From: Chiloscyllium plagiosum
Taxonomy: Eukaryota
NCBI RefSeq assembly: GCF_004010195.1
Contig: NC_057751.1
Span: 15,372,089 to 15,417,827 of the forward strand
DNA: 45,739 bases
Reading direction: 5' to 3'
The notes under the pieces: model-generated
The model's database searches: none
What the model was told of the DNA's origin: nothing
The model's input: the letters and a program-made list of their open reading frames with translations, nothing else
In this document: positions 1 through 12,045 of the stretch, piece after piece
How the letters are laid out: each line of letters begins with the position of its first letter
How positions within the stretch are numbered: position 1 is the first letter of the stretch
Position numbers and translations under genes: made by a program

Positions 1-360
1 GAGGGAGGGGGGGGAGGAGCCGCCTCGGCGCATGCGTACAGTGCTGCCACCTCCGCGATCCGAGCGATCAGGATGTCCCCGCCCCGGTCCAACACCTCCA
101 AATCATGACCACGAGCGGTGTCCGAGACAAACCGAATCAATTAAACAAAATAAAATCAAAATCCCCCTTCAAACGGCGGCTGCCTCCGGGCGCCTCGATT
201 TCAAAGCTTGGGCCGTTCAGTCGCACCGCTCCCGTCAACAGTACGCCGCCGCCATCTTCTGTGCAACCAGCAAGACCGTCCGGCCGCACCACCAAGTCTG
301 AACAATGCTTCCCCTCGCAAAAGGTGCTCCAGTTATTCACACCATCCCGACCGCTCGCCC
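1..360. promoter_or_regulatory. CpG-rich promoter-like segment, probably of a minus-strand gene lying left of the window
   Basis: High CpG density; NRF1-type GCGCATGCG at 28-36; YY1-type CCGCCATCTT at 249-258 (AAGATGGCGG on -). Confidence 0.55.
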
Positions 361-766
361 CTCCTCCTCCATCAACAACGTCAATACCATCACTTTCATT
401 CAGTCCCTCCACTTTAGTTCGGAGGAAAAGCCGTATCTGAATTGACACAGCAACTCTTTTCCTACCACAGTTGCTGCCAAACCTACTGAGCATTTTCTGT
501 TTTAACACCAATGTTGTTTTCTCTTGATAATATAAGACAAAGTGACATGTAAGAATTGTATCTTGTTGTATCTTCCGGCGATTGTGACATCTTTATCCAA
601 ATTCCATTTTATTTTTCCCAATCATCATGGTAGAAGGGGGTTTGAAAAATACTTACAAGAGTGGCCAATCTATAATAACCTGCAGTTAGATCGTGACTGA
701 CTAACAATGTATAGCGTCAAGATTCGAGTGGTGCTGGAAAAACACAGTCGGTCATATCTGTTCGGC

Positions 767-954
767 GAGAAAGTGAGGTCTGCAGATGCTGGAGATCAGA
801 GCTGAAAATGTGTTGCTGGAAAAGCGCAGCAGGTCAGGCAGCATCCAAGGAGCAGGAGAATCGACGAATGAAGAAGGGCTTATGCCCGAAACGTCGATTC
901 TCCTGTTCCCTGGATGCTGCCTGACCTGCTGCGCTTTTCCAGCAACACATTTTC
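767..954. mobile_element. Short palindromic Penelope-like element remnant (inverted 3' ends)
   Basis: About 64-bp inverted arms 803-866/892-955 around a TGAAGA-AGGGCTTATGCCC-GAAA core; flanked by direct repeat TCATATCTGTTCGGC (752-766, 953-967); arms match the Penelope 3' ends at 29554-30291. Confidence 0.75.
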
Positions 955-1047
955 ATATCTGTTCGGCACAGAGGAGTTGGACCAAAGAGTCTGTTTCCGT
1001 GCTGTACATCTCTGTGACTCTTTGTCAAGTACAATGTAAGTGTAAAT

Positions 1048-1470
1048 AAAGTTAAAAATCACACAATACCAGGTTATAGTCCAGCAGGTTTAATTGGAAA
1101 CATTAGCTTTCCTAGCGCTGCTCCTTCAACAGGTGGTTGTGGAGTACACAAATGTAATTTATAGCAAAAGTTTACAGTGTGCTGTAACTGAAATATACCT
1201 TGATTGTTTGTTAAGTCTCTCATCTGTTAGAATGACCATGTTAGTTTCACTTCTTTCAGATGTAAATCACAAACCTTTTTTTAAAAAAAGTTACATTCTC
1301 AGGTTAACTTTAACAATTGGTGTCAGCCCAGATAATATGTTGAAGTACTTGACGAAGGAGCAGTGCTCCGAAAGCTAGTGCTTCCAATTAAACCTGTTGG
1401 ACGAGAAGCTGGTGTTGTGTGATTTTTAACTTTATCCACCCCAGTTCAACGCTGGCCTCTCCAAATCATG
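1048..1470. mobile_element. Inverted-repeat Penelope-like non-autonomous element
   Basis: Inverted arms ~1048-1130 and ~1350-1432, each with a hammerhead-like core; direct repeat AAGTGTAAATAAAG at 1038-1051 and 1471-1484; related fragment at ~24058-24137. Confidence 0.7.
1343..1383 (+). ncRNA. Minimal type-I hammerhead ribozyme-like motif (C3 mutated to U)
   Basis: Stem I AAGTAC/GTGCTT, core (T)TGACGA, stem II GGAGC-agt-GCTCC, GAAA, palindromic AGCT stem III, cleavage triplet CTA. Confidence 0.6.
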
Positions 1471-1711
1471 AAGTGTAAATAAAGGGTGACTTGGTGATGG
1501 GGCACCAGGCTCTGTGAAGTTATTTCAAAGCACTTCTTCAAAACAGTGCCAGGTGTCCTTTAACGGACTTTTGCAGGTCTCCTGATACACCCTTTTGTTG
1601 GAATTCAATGTTGAGAAAAGGTTACGTTGAAGTTTATTTTCAAACTTCACCCGAACCGGAGCCGATAAATTGCAGTACTCATCAAGCCCAAGTGTGGGAA
1701 CAACCGCCGAA

Positions 1712-2281
1712 TGATTGGCATGAGATCAGACCAATTGAGCACCACACACCCTGGGAATTAGCCAACCAGAGCCGGGGACGCGCTGTGAAGGCGGGGGCGA
1801 CTTTCAGTGACAGCAATATAGACCAATCGATGTCCATTATGTAGATGATATTGTCCCATGAGGTGTGGATGTCAATGATGGACAACCACCTAGACCAATA
1901 GAGTGGTAGATTGGATGCCCGCCGCCCAATGCGGGTGAACTACATTGATGGACTGTCATCCGAACCAATAGTCTGGCAAACAATTCCTGATTGGCAGGGA
2001 CAAGAACCAATGGTCAGACGGAATGTGGAACATGTGGACATACCGGCGTAGGCGCTGTACCAAATTGACAGTGGAGGCACCAATCGGTTGGCAAGTTGGG
2101 GAAAGCACCGGCCTATTAGGGCGGTGGCTGTCCTGACTGACAGCGCGATGATCCAATGGGACGGGGCTGGCGGAGCGTGCCGGCCACCTTTGGGCGGGCC
2201 CATGGCCGGCGGTGCGGTGGAAGGCTCGGGCGGAAATTTGAACGGAACCTCAATGAGCGCCGGCGGAGGCGGCTCCGAAAC
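1712..2281 (+). promoter_or_regulatory. Promoter/5' region of the WBP1-family gene with an array of CCAAT boxes and TALE (PBX/PREP)-type decamers
   Basis: 11 exact CCAAT/ATTGG in 1714-2157; six decamer-N9-CCAAT units; runs into a CpG island around exon 1. Confidence 0.75.
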
Positions 2282-2365
2282 ATGGCGAAGATGATCGTCG
2301 GTTTCCTCCTCTTTATCTCCCCGGCTTTCCCCGTCGGGCCGTCGCGGATGGAGCTGCAAGCCGAG
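2282..2365 (+). CDS. WBP1: WW domain-binding protein 1 family, coding exon 1 (signal-peptide-like MAKMIVGFLLFISPAFPVGPSRMELQAE)
   Basis: Strong Kozak AACATGG; hydrophobic N-terminus; donor GAG|GTATGG; phase 0 joins exon 2 in frame; inside a CpG island. Confidence 0.75.
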
Positions 2366-2979
2366 GTATGGCCTGGCGACCCGGCGGGAGGTGAAGTGCC
2401 TGCCGGCCGGCCATCGCGCTCCAAAAAAGTCCGAGGCTTCGGCCATGGCGCTAGGCCGCGACTAGTAAAGGAGGAGGATGGGAAAGGCAGGCAGGAAGAA
2501 AGAGACGATCGAGGGTTTCGGGGTCTCCTTATCCTTCCCCTCCTGGGTCCTGTGTTGTTTTTGGGGGGTCACAGCAGCAGCAGCAATTAGCCCAGTCTGC
2601 AGATTGATGCCACAAAGTTGATTTTTAAAAGTGCGAGCTGAAAGTTGACACTTGCAAAACTGGGTGCCGCAATCACCACTTGCATTTCTGTAGCACCTTT
2701 TCAGCCCAGTCAAAGGTTCTGAAATATACGTGTCTCTTGTGAAGGGTGGATGTTGAGAAGATGTTCCCACTGTTGAGGGGATCTCGAACTTGCTGAGATA
2801 CAGAGTAAGGGGGGAGGGGGGGGACACTGATTTAAAGCCGAGGGGAGAGAGAATGTTTTCTTCCCTAAAAGGATAAGTCTGTGACTTTCTCTTCCCCCTG
2901 CCCTCCTGTGGAAGCTTAAAGTACTTAAAGATAGGCAGGTTTTTGAAATGTAGGTAGGTTGAGAGCAATGAGGAGTTGG

Positions 2980-3339
2980 CACAAAGGCTGAAAGCTGGTC
3001 ACATCAGCCAGAGTCATGGACTTAGAGAATGGTGGGGCAGGCTTGAGGAGTGAATAGCCCTCTCATTCCAAGGACTTTACAGAAGTCATACAGCTGTGCA
3101 GCATCAAAAAAAAAGCACCCTTTGGTCTAACCCATCCATGCCCAACAAATATCCTCAATTCACAAAGGCTGAAAGCTGGTCAGATCAGCCAGAGTCATGG
3201 ACTTCGAGAATGGTGGGGCAGGCTTGAGTGAATAGCCTTCTCATTCCAAGGACTTTACAGAAGTCATACAGCTGTGCAGCATCAAAAAAAAAAGCACCCT
3301 TTGGTCTAACCCATCCATGCCCAACAAATATCCTCAATT
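2980..3339. repeat. Tandem duplication, 2 x ~180 bp
   Basis: 2980-3160 and 3161-3339 are near-identical (a few substitutions and small indels); spans the junction of two oppositely oriented CR1 3' ends. Confidence 0.9.
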
Positions 3340-4059
3340 AATCTGGTCCCATTTGCCAGCATCAGGCCCTTTTTCCCTCTAAGCCCTTCCTATTCATGTA
3401 CCCAGCCAGATGCCTTTGAAATGTTGTAATTGTCTCAACCTGCATCACTTCCTCTGACAGCCCACACCACCCTCTGCGTGAAAAAGTCACCTCTTTAAAC
3501 TTTCCCCTTTCACTTTAAACCTATGCTGTCTACTTTCCCACCCTAGGAAAAAGACCTTGGCTATTCATCTTACCCATACCCGTCATGATTTTATAAACCT
3601 CTGTAAGGTCACCCCACAGCCTCCAATGCTTCAGGTAAAATAGCCCTAGACTACTGAGTTGAAACTTTGACTCAAAAAAGCACCATTAAGCCATTAAGTG
3701 ACCTCGGAAATAAATGGCAAAAGAAGCTGGGCCAAAGAGAAAGATCTTAAAGAGTGAGTTTAAAGAATAGAACATTTTGGAGAAATCTAAGAGGGGTGCA
3801 AGTTTTTCTGCCAGTTGTGGAACACTTAAAAGTAGGGGACAGGTGAGAGGCCAGAAAGAAAGAAACGTGGATCATCATCCTTTTAAGGTTTGGGCCACTA
3901 ATTCCTGAGGCTGTAACAAGTTCCTGAGTTTTATTAATTGCAGCAGAGTACAAAAGCAAACAAGTTTTTTGTTTAAACCAGTCAATCTTACAAAATATCT
4001 AAGCCCAGGAGACCCAGGTTGACTGATACTAAAGCACTGATTTGCAAATACAAAACAGC

Positions 4060-4535
4060 TTTCTGTTTGCAACGTACGAAAGCTAGAAAGTTGTGGTAAA
4101 CCTTTACAATGTAGTTTTGACTTCGGTCAGAACTATTGTGGTCAGTTCTTGACACTGCACTACTGCCACATCTTGCAGTTTGTGGGGAAACACGAACAGC
4201 CAGGATTGTTATCTCTGAGAAAAGGTGAAAGGGAGATGTGAGATACTACATGTGGGGACTTTAATGAGGGTGAATAGCGAGAAACTGTTTACACTGGCAA
4301 GAGGATCAGTAACCAGAGGACACAGATTGGAGACAATTAGAGAAAGGACTAGCAGTCAGATTTGGAGAATCTATTTACAAAGTAATTTTGTGATCTGGAA
4401 TCCCACTTGTTTCCAAAGGAGAGACAAAGAATATATACTGGAGAAGGAAATAATTGAGGGGGTGAAATAAGTAGATAGCTGTTTCAAATAGAGAGCTGGT
4501 AAAGTGGGCTGAAAGGCCTCCTTTGTGCTGTCTTG
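4060..4535 (+). mobile_element. Degenerate CR1 LINE 3' fragment
   Basis: EKLFTLARGSVTRGHRL-type ORF2 C-terminus followed by a GGGCTGAAAGGCCT...TGTGCTGT tail. Confidence 0.6.
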
Positions 4536-7500
4536 GATTAGATTTGTCACAAACATCACTCAGTTCTATTATTTTATGTTACTTGTCGTGTGATGGGATG
4601 TTGTCACTTTAGTGAGACAACCATCTTTGAAAGAAAAGTTGCAAATGACTTTATTTCCGGCTTTCACTTTTGTTTGAGTTTAGAAAGAAAATAGTCTGTT
4701 CGAAAAACTTAGTTTCTTCCTCAGAGGGTTTTGAAGTTTGACATTTCCTTAACCTTAAATTAAAGCATGTCCCAAATGAGCACTGTTCCTACTCAGTACA
4801 TTCTGCATGTAATGGTATAAAGTTGCCCTGCGGACAAGGTGGATTTTTAACTTCAGCATTTCTGTAAACTTCCATGGTGTCAGAACAGTGTACGCATGCT
4901 GGGCTGGGAGCCAAACTCGTTTGAAGTACATTTCCACTTTTGCGTAATTGAATTGCACAGCTTACTAACTCCTCCAAGTTTCTGTAATTCATGTCCATAA
5001 GCAATGGCTTCTGTGTTGTCCACACCTAATGTCCACTTTCAGATGTTTGACCTGTGATTTAGGCTTCCCATCAAAGATTTTCTCACGCACCATGTTCTAA
5101 TTTGTAATGAATGTCATGGACTATTGCAGTCGAGTCACATTTATAAAATTCTCCGTTTTTAATATAATTTCTACATCTGTGTAAAGCAAAAGTCTTTGCC
5201 ATTTGAATTCAGTGTCGTGTTGGGATTGTGTGAATGTGTTAAGGTTTTGGTGTTCCCAGGCACGTGCTGCCTTTTTGTTTCCTACACAGTAGATAGAGAT
5301 TGCCATTTGTGGTTGCTGCTGAACAAGGCTTATCGTTTGATGTCGATAGTGTACACTGCAGATCCAGTGCAACAGTGGTGACAGAAGTGAATATTGAAGG
5401 TCATAGTTGGAGTACTCATGCAGCCAATTGTGTTATTTTCAATGATGTTCATCTTCTTTAGCATTGCTGGAGCTTCACTCAAGAACAGCTTAGAGTATTC
5501 CACGAAACTTATAAAGATGGTGGATAAGCTTTGGGGAGTTAGAATTACTCACCACAAAATCTGATCTGCTTTGGTAACCACTGTTTTTAAGTGGTGGAGG
5601 TTGCAGATTGAATCTGATATGGCTGGTAAGTCCAATGCATAATCAAACCCAAGTGGTAGCAAGTCATCCTTTGACCCTCAGACTGCTGAGACAAAAGGAG
5701 CAGAATAGACTTTATATTCTCTGGGATCTAAAAGAATGAGAGAAGATAGTGTTGTACGTTTCAGTGCTGAGGAAGCCTTAGAAGTGATGCTGTGAACCTG
5801 TTTCTCTTGGTTGTAGGTATCACAATCTGATACATAAAACATCAGCCATTTTGGACTTGATGAGAATTTCTTCATTTCAGAGGATTTGGATCTCTGGAAT
5901 TCCTGCGATGGGTGATTGTTCAGTCAGTGAATGTATTCTCGACCTGAGGCTGATAAGTCTAAGGAAAGCAAGGGATTGGAGATCAGCAAGAAATTCAGTC
6001 ATGATCTTTTGAAATGGAGCTGCTGGCTCAGAGTGATCTACTCCTGCTCCTATTTCTTACATTATTGAAACATGGATGTTAGCGGAGGGACTGGACTGAT
6101 CTTGGCATTCTTGGATGGGGGTAAAGAAGCCGATCAGAGGTCTTATTCCAACTTCCTACTGAGCTAGCTGTGCTGGAAATGCCTTAGTATGGGTTTCTGG
6201 CTTTGTTCTGAAGTGCTTTTTAGGCAGTAACAATGTTCTGATGCATCTTATTGTTAAGATATTGTGCTTATGCTCCCTTTCGTAAGGTACCAGATGCCGA
6301 TTCATGGCTGCAGTTGTGTGGTTTACAGGAGAGCATGGTCACAAATTGAAGAGAAAAAGAGGAAAGCAAATGAGTAAACAGTGGGATGATATTGCAGCCA
6401 GTAATCCACCTTCCTGAGATCAGACAAGTTAAAAATAGCATTGGATGGTGGTAATTTAATCGTGGTTCTAATGACTAGTGAACATCAGCAGACCCTAGAG
6501 ATCAAATTACTGCCATGAACTTGCCATGGGTCACTTTAGTCAAATTTCTGACTTTGAACAAGGCAAATTGCTGAGCCCAACCACAATGGAAGTGCTCCAA
6601 GTCCAATAATACAGACCTTTTGCTCTCTGACAATCTACAAGTAGATTGCTGTTTAATAAAATAAACCAAGGATGTTTAAATTAGATACAGGGAACTGCTG
6701 TTGTGTATAATTGTCAAAATACTCCCCTGAACAACAGTATTTTAAAATATAGTCCCGTGCATTAAATGCAGAAATTTTCCTTCACCTTTCTTTAAAAAAA
6801 ACCAGAATCTTTGCCACCTGGAGAAAAGGATATATTCACCCTTGATCCCTGTTGGATTGATGTACAGTCAAGCAAGTTACTAAATAAACATCACAAACTT
6901 GAGACTTTATCGATTCTTTCCATTCACATATTGTGTTGATCAATTGTTTGGGAATCATGACTTCAAAATAACCTTGAGATGAGTAACAATGTACTGGGAT
7001 CCATTTTGTGCTGTGCAGTCGTAATCTGAAAACTTTTTTTCCTTTCATTATTTCATCGTGTTAATCAGGTGCTGTTTGAACATTACAGTCGCCACTCCAC
7101 CTCATGTACCTCCTCCAGTTTTTAATGACTGACAATATTCAAAGCTTATGCAGATCCATTTCATGGTTATATTCTGGTACAGCACTCAGTTTTGTAGCGC
7201 TCAAATATACTTTATCAATTTTAAAAGTTCTTGTTGGGGTACCTGTGTCCAAAGGACCTAGTTCAACTTGCCTGCAAACAACTGCAATTTACAGACAGCA
7301 AATGGCGATTGATGAGTGCTGCTCGTGTCATGTTGTATTTGCAGAAAAGCTTCCAGGAACTACTTCTAACATATGATTTGCACTTAACTGGTGCAAAAGT
7401 TTGTGTAAATTTATGTCAATTTTGCACAGAGTAAGTTGAAAAATAACGAGGTGATTGAGGGAAAACACCAAGTGAGATCTTTTGAAGCCTTGAGTTTTCA

Positions 7501-7671
7501 AATAGACGTTTTACTTGTTGACAAAACCGACAGGCTGACTGCCATGCAGTAGTTGAAACAAAAGGCCGTGGCTTTAAAGAACAGCTTTTCTTTGGGCAGG
7601 AAAGTGTCTCAAGATCCAAGACATTAGATGGTGCAGGTTGAGAGAAAACTTGACATTAAAGCAGGCGATTG

Positions 7672-7807
7672 CAGGGCAACCTTGATTATCTGAACATCAG
7701 TTATTCAAATTTCGGATTATCCAATCTCAAGGTCCCGCAAAAACACAGTCCATTATCTGAACAAAATACTCAGTGTCCTTTTCATTTGGATAATCGAAGT
7801 TGTTCTG
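7672..7807. mobile_element. Tigger/pogo-like MITE remnant
   Basis: Degenerate terminal inverted repeats related to those of the 34252-35083 element (CAG..AACCT.GATTATC / GATAATCGA.GTT..CTG). Confidence 0.5.
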
Positions 7808-9456
7808 AATAGACCCAGTGGTGGTTGAGTGAAGGGCTTGGGGTTTAAAGTCAACGGCCCAGAAATTAATGTAATTCAGCAAGGCACTGTGTGAACATTA
7901 ATTGGTACAAATTAGAAGAGACGCAGCGAGTTTTGGATGCGCTTGAATTTATGGAGGGTGGAATCTGGGATGGCAGCCAGCAAAGCATTAAGTGAAAATA
8001 GCACAGATCAAGTGGAAGATAAAGTGAAGCAAAGCTGTGGAAGGTTGAGGAAGTAGTGGATTGATTTGTAACAGCAAAGTTCAGGGTTTGCAAAGTCAGC
8101 GTGAATAGAATGCAAAATAATTAAAGCAAAATGCTGGAAATCTGAAATAAAGCCAGAAAATGCTGGAGAAATGCTATCCAGCTTTATTAATGGTTATAGA
8201 TGTGGTAATAGTTTACAAAGACAGAGGATCTATGATGGTAAAGGTGAAAGTGAAGACAAATAAGAGAGAATGGTTTCCAATATTCACTGATATGGAAGTC
8301 AGCAAAAGATATTGGGTGGTTGATTTTGGAGAAGAGAAGAAATGGGTTGCATGGGAAGCTGAGTTCAGGGGATACGAGAGCATGTCGGATTGAAACTAGA
8401 GGAAGAGCAGAGTTCAAGGAAGGGAGAGATGTGGCAGAAGCAAATAACCGTAGTCTTCCTCTTTGTGACAAGGAGCTCACTGTTGGAGGACAGTGTACAG
8501 GGAAAACCAGGTTTACTGAGAGAATGAAGCAGAAAGCAATTGGGCAGAAGATTGTCCTTCATCCACTCCACAATTTGTTTATATACTGCAGTCTGTGCTC
8601 ATGGTTATCACAGAATGAGGACATGGGCTACCACGGGAATTACCAAGTTTTGAGGAGTGAGTTAGCGCTAATGGGGGTTTGGTTGGGGTGATCAACAACT
8701 ACAGAAGTGCTGTGGCAAACAGAGGGCTAAAGGATAGAGAATAGGAGTTAAAAAGTACAACAGTGTATTGTGGAAACCAGGCCAGATCTATAACTAAGTA
8801 CAGTTGGAAGAGAAATGAGCAGTGATGGCTGAGGGCAATGGGAAGTGGAGATAAATGAGGATGGGGAGGGGTGGTCAGGCAAGATGGCAAGGCTGTGAAT
8901 CTCAGGCGTGAGAAGGTCAATGGAGACTGGGTGTGCTTGGTGTGATGGTCTACAAGAGAGATTGGACATGAACAGCAATCCTACATGAGGCATCAAAGAG
9001 TACCTTGATGCACTCTAGTGAGAATGCTGACAATTTTATTTCCTGTCACTTCACATGAAAGCAACCACTAATGTCTAGGTTATAACGTGCTTGAATGGTT
9101 ACTTCCATTGGGATGTCACACAATGATGGCATATGGAACTTTTAAATGTTTGTGTCTGCAAGTTTCAACTATTCCTTTGTCGTCCTGAAATTACTGATTA
9201 TTAACTTTTTGGAATTTTTGTTCCTCCCACTCGTTAAAGGTGTAAGACATATTTCATTTGGATTCAATTCTTCTTTAAATTTTGGCTTTTCAAAATCCTG
9301 CTGAGTATATAATCAAGGTATGGGCTTGAGCTTTTAAAATGAGCCTGCATGTACAGGGTAACATCTCTTTATTGGCAACCATTTTTCACATTTTTACTTC
9401 CTTTTCTAGCGTGTGATGTACTTGTGGCCGTTTATTACTCTTTCTCATCTTTCCAG

Positions 9457-9559
9457 GCTAAAGAATTATGTTTTGGAGTGAACAACGAGCCTTACTGGTG
9501 TGAGACAGGATACTGCTGTGGAGAGACGGAGTGCTGCACCTACTATTATGAATTGTGGT
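9457..9559 (+). CDS. WBP1: WBP1 family coding exon 2 (Cys-rich extracellular domain)
   Basis: TTCCAG| acceptor, |GTAAGT donor; AKELCFGVNNEPYWCETGYCCGETECCTYYYELW is the WBP1/WBP1L signature. Confidence 0.95.
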
Positions 9560-10374
9560 GTAAGTTTTTAATATGCGAACAAAAACTGATTTTGGGATTG
9601 CATTTCTCACAGTCTTTGGCACAGGTGGAAGTTTCCTTGTGGCCTAGAATAGGACTTGTGAATGATGTGGCAGATTCACTCAGCTCCATCTGTCACAATT
9701 AGCATCTGTTTGCTTTCTCTCTCAGTACTGTTGCTGGACCCAAATATCCTATGTAGGCTGGCTGTTCTCCATGTTATCCACTTGCAGAAGAGGATGCACT
9801 AGTGCAGACATCGAGGAGCTGGATGATAGCCCATCTGAAATTTGAAAATCTGGTCAAAGTATTGAACTACTTGCTATCCAATACAGGAATCCCTGAGGAC
9901 AGTGTATTAGAACAAGCACTATCTGCACGATCCAGAGCTTATTGCAAGTCTTTTAAAATAATATCACATTTTCCAGAGAAGAGCCAGGAGTTCTCCAGTT
10001 CTTGATGTTTTGATTGCAGGGACAATGCTGGCCAAGGCACCAAGAGCTTTCTGCTGTTCTTTGGAGAATGCTATAGAATCTTTGACGTCCAACTAAGACA
10101 ATACATGAAGCCTTACTTTCCCACTTCCAACATCCCAATAGCAGTGAAACCCATTTGGCAACACTCACCTGCCCTCAAATTGCCAGTGCTATCGTCTCTG
10201 GGTGAGCTGCTCCAACAGATTATTTGAAATAAGGTGATTCTGTATCCTGCAGCCTCTACACAGATGACAGAAGTATTAATTTGTTTTTAGATGGCATCAT
10301 GTGTTTGATTAATTTAATTGGCTCTAGTTGCAAGGTGTGAAATGAAAATTAATGATTTGAGCCTCATACATTAA

Positions 10375-10635
<261 letters not shown>

Positions 10636-11407
10636 TAGACCTTGTACGTGAGATCTTTGCAAGGGGGAATTGGCAGTAACTAAATCTCCAATTTATTCTG
10701 TGGAACAGAAAATCTTGTAAATATTTATTTTGTCAACTTTCCAGAACGTTGACTGCCATTGCTCTCCTCTGCCTTTCCCCTTAGCACTCAGGTGTATTGC
10801 ATTCAGTCCATTTTCTCCTCTGCTTCTCACTGACAATTTTTACTTGAGTATGACCAAAATATATGTACTAATTTCTTCCATTCTCCAGCAATTTCTAGCA
10901 CTACTTCACTTGCCATTCTGTCTCTAAGGTATGGAGAACATCCTTCTATATGTCCACATGTTAAACGTATTCAGCTTATCAATAACTTTTGTTTGCTGTT
11001 CATGTGTCAGTCATGTAGCATAGATAATAAAATGTAGCTCCTCATTCTTTTCCTGAGATTCCGATTTAGTTCCTTCATTCTGGCAAAGTTGGTCATACAT
11101 CAGGTCAACTTAAAAGTAAACGCATACTTATGCCTTGGGTGCACCCCTTTTCTTTTGTTCCATTTCCCATTCTAATAAAATGTATATTTCAGGATTGTTG
11201 TGGAAATTGTTCATGACTGTGTTCCCTTTTGGTGCCAAATCTGTTTTACAAGCGTTTGAAGCTGATATTAGGTACAAACCTTACCACTACTTTCCTGCTT
11301 CATGTTGATAAGCACAGACATGATTCAGAGCTCAGTGTGGTAGATAGCACATGCATCTTGTCATTCATACTCCATTCACTGTTTGTTTTTTCCACCCCTC
11401 CTGCTAG

Positions 11408-12045
11408 GGTTCTGGACAAACTGTAAGCTCCCAGACTATGAGGAGGTGGCAGGGCACCCACCAACACCTCCACCTCCCTATACTGAACTACAGCAGCAGA
11501 ATGCACAGACCTCTAACCAAGAAAATGTGGTTGTCGAGAGCCAGCCTGATTTACAGGAGTCTGTAAACTCACTTGTGGCAGAGACAGCAACACAAGAAGC
11601 AGAGTCTAGCTCATCCACTCATGAACAGGAGCATGACCATCAGGTGTCTGATGATCCCACAGATGCATCACCCACTTCTCCACCTGACAGAGAAAATGGG
11701 GACATTGTCCAAGATGAGGAATCTGCTGCACTCTCGACCTCTGATTTTAAAATGTTGGAAACGGATTCTGACCTGTGCGATCAAGGGGAAGGGAAGGAAG
11801 AAAGCTCGAGGCACAGGCGGATCACAGGAGACTCTGGCATTGAGGTGTGTGTGTGCCAGCTGGATGAGGACCCTTACCATGAGGAAATGGGCCTGATGGG
11901 CAGTGTTGGTGCCTCCCAATGTTGCGAATCCCAGTCATCTTGCAGCTCTCACCTTCACGTGGAACAACTCTCCAAGCAGGCTATCACTATGTGCCCTAAG
12001 CTGCATACTGCTAAGGAACGAGAGGAGGATGGTGACATTGTGTAG
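11408..12045 (+). CDS. WBP1: WBP1 family last coding exon (LPxY and PPxY motifs, C-terminal TGDSGIE motif)
   Basis: CTAG| acceptor; LPDYEEV, PPTPPPPY, RHRRITGDSGIEVCVC; stop TAG at 12043-12045; spliced CDS 987 nt = 328 aa. Family is certain, exact paralogue less so. Confidence 0.93.

Noticed and set aside
32..511. Several overlapping ORFs in the GC-rich window start
   Set aside because: No recognisable protein; expected by-product of GC-rich promoter sequence
2156..2590. 144-aa ORF through WBP1 exon 1
   Set aside because: Only 2282-2365 fits the spliced gene; the rest is UTR and intron read-through
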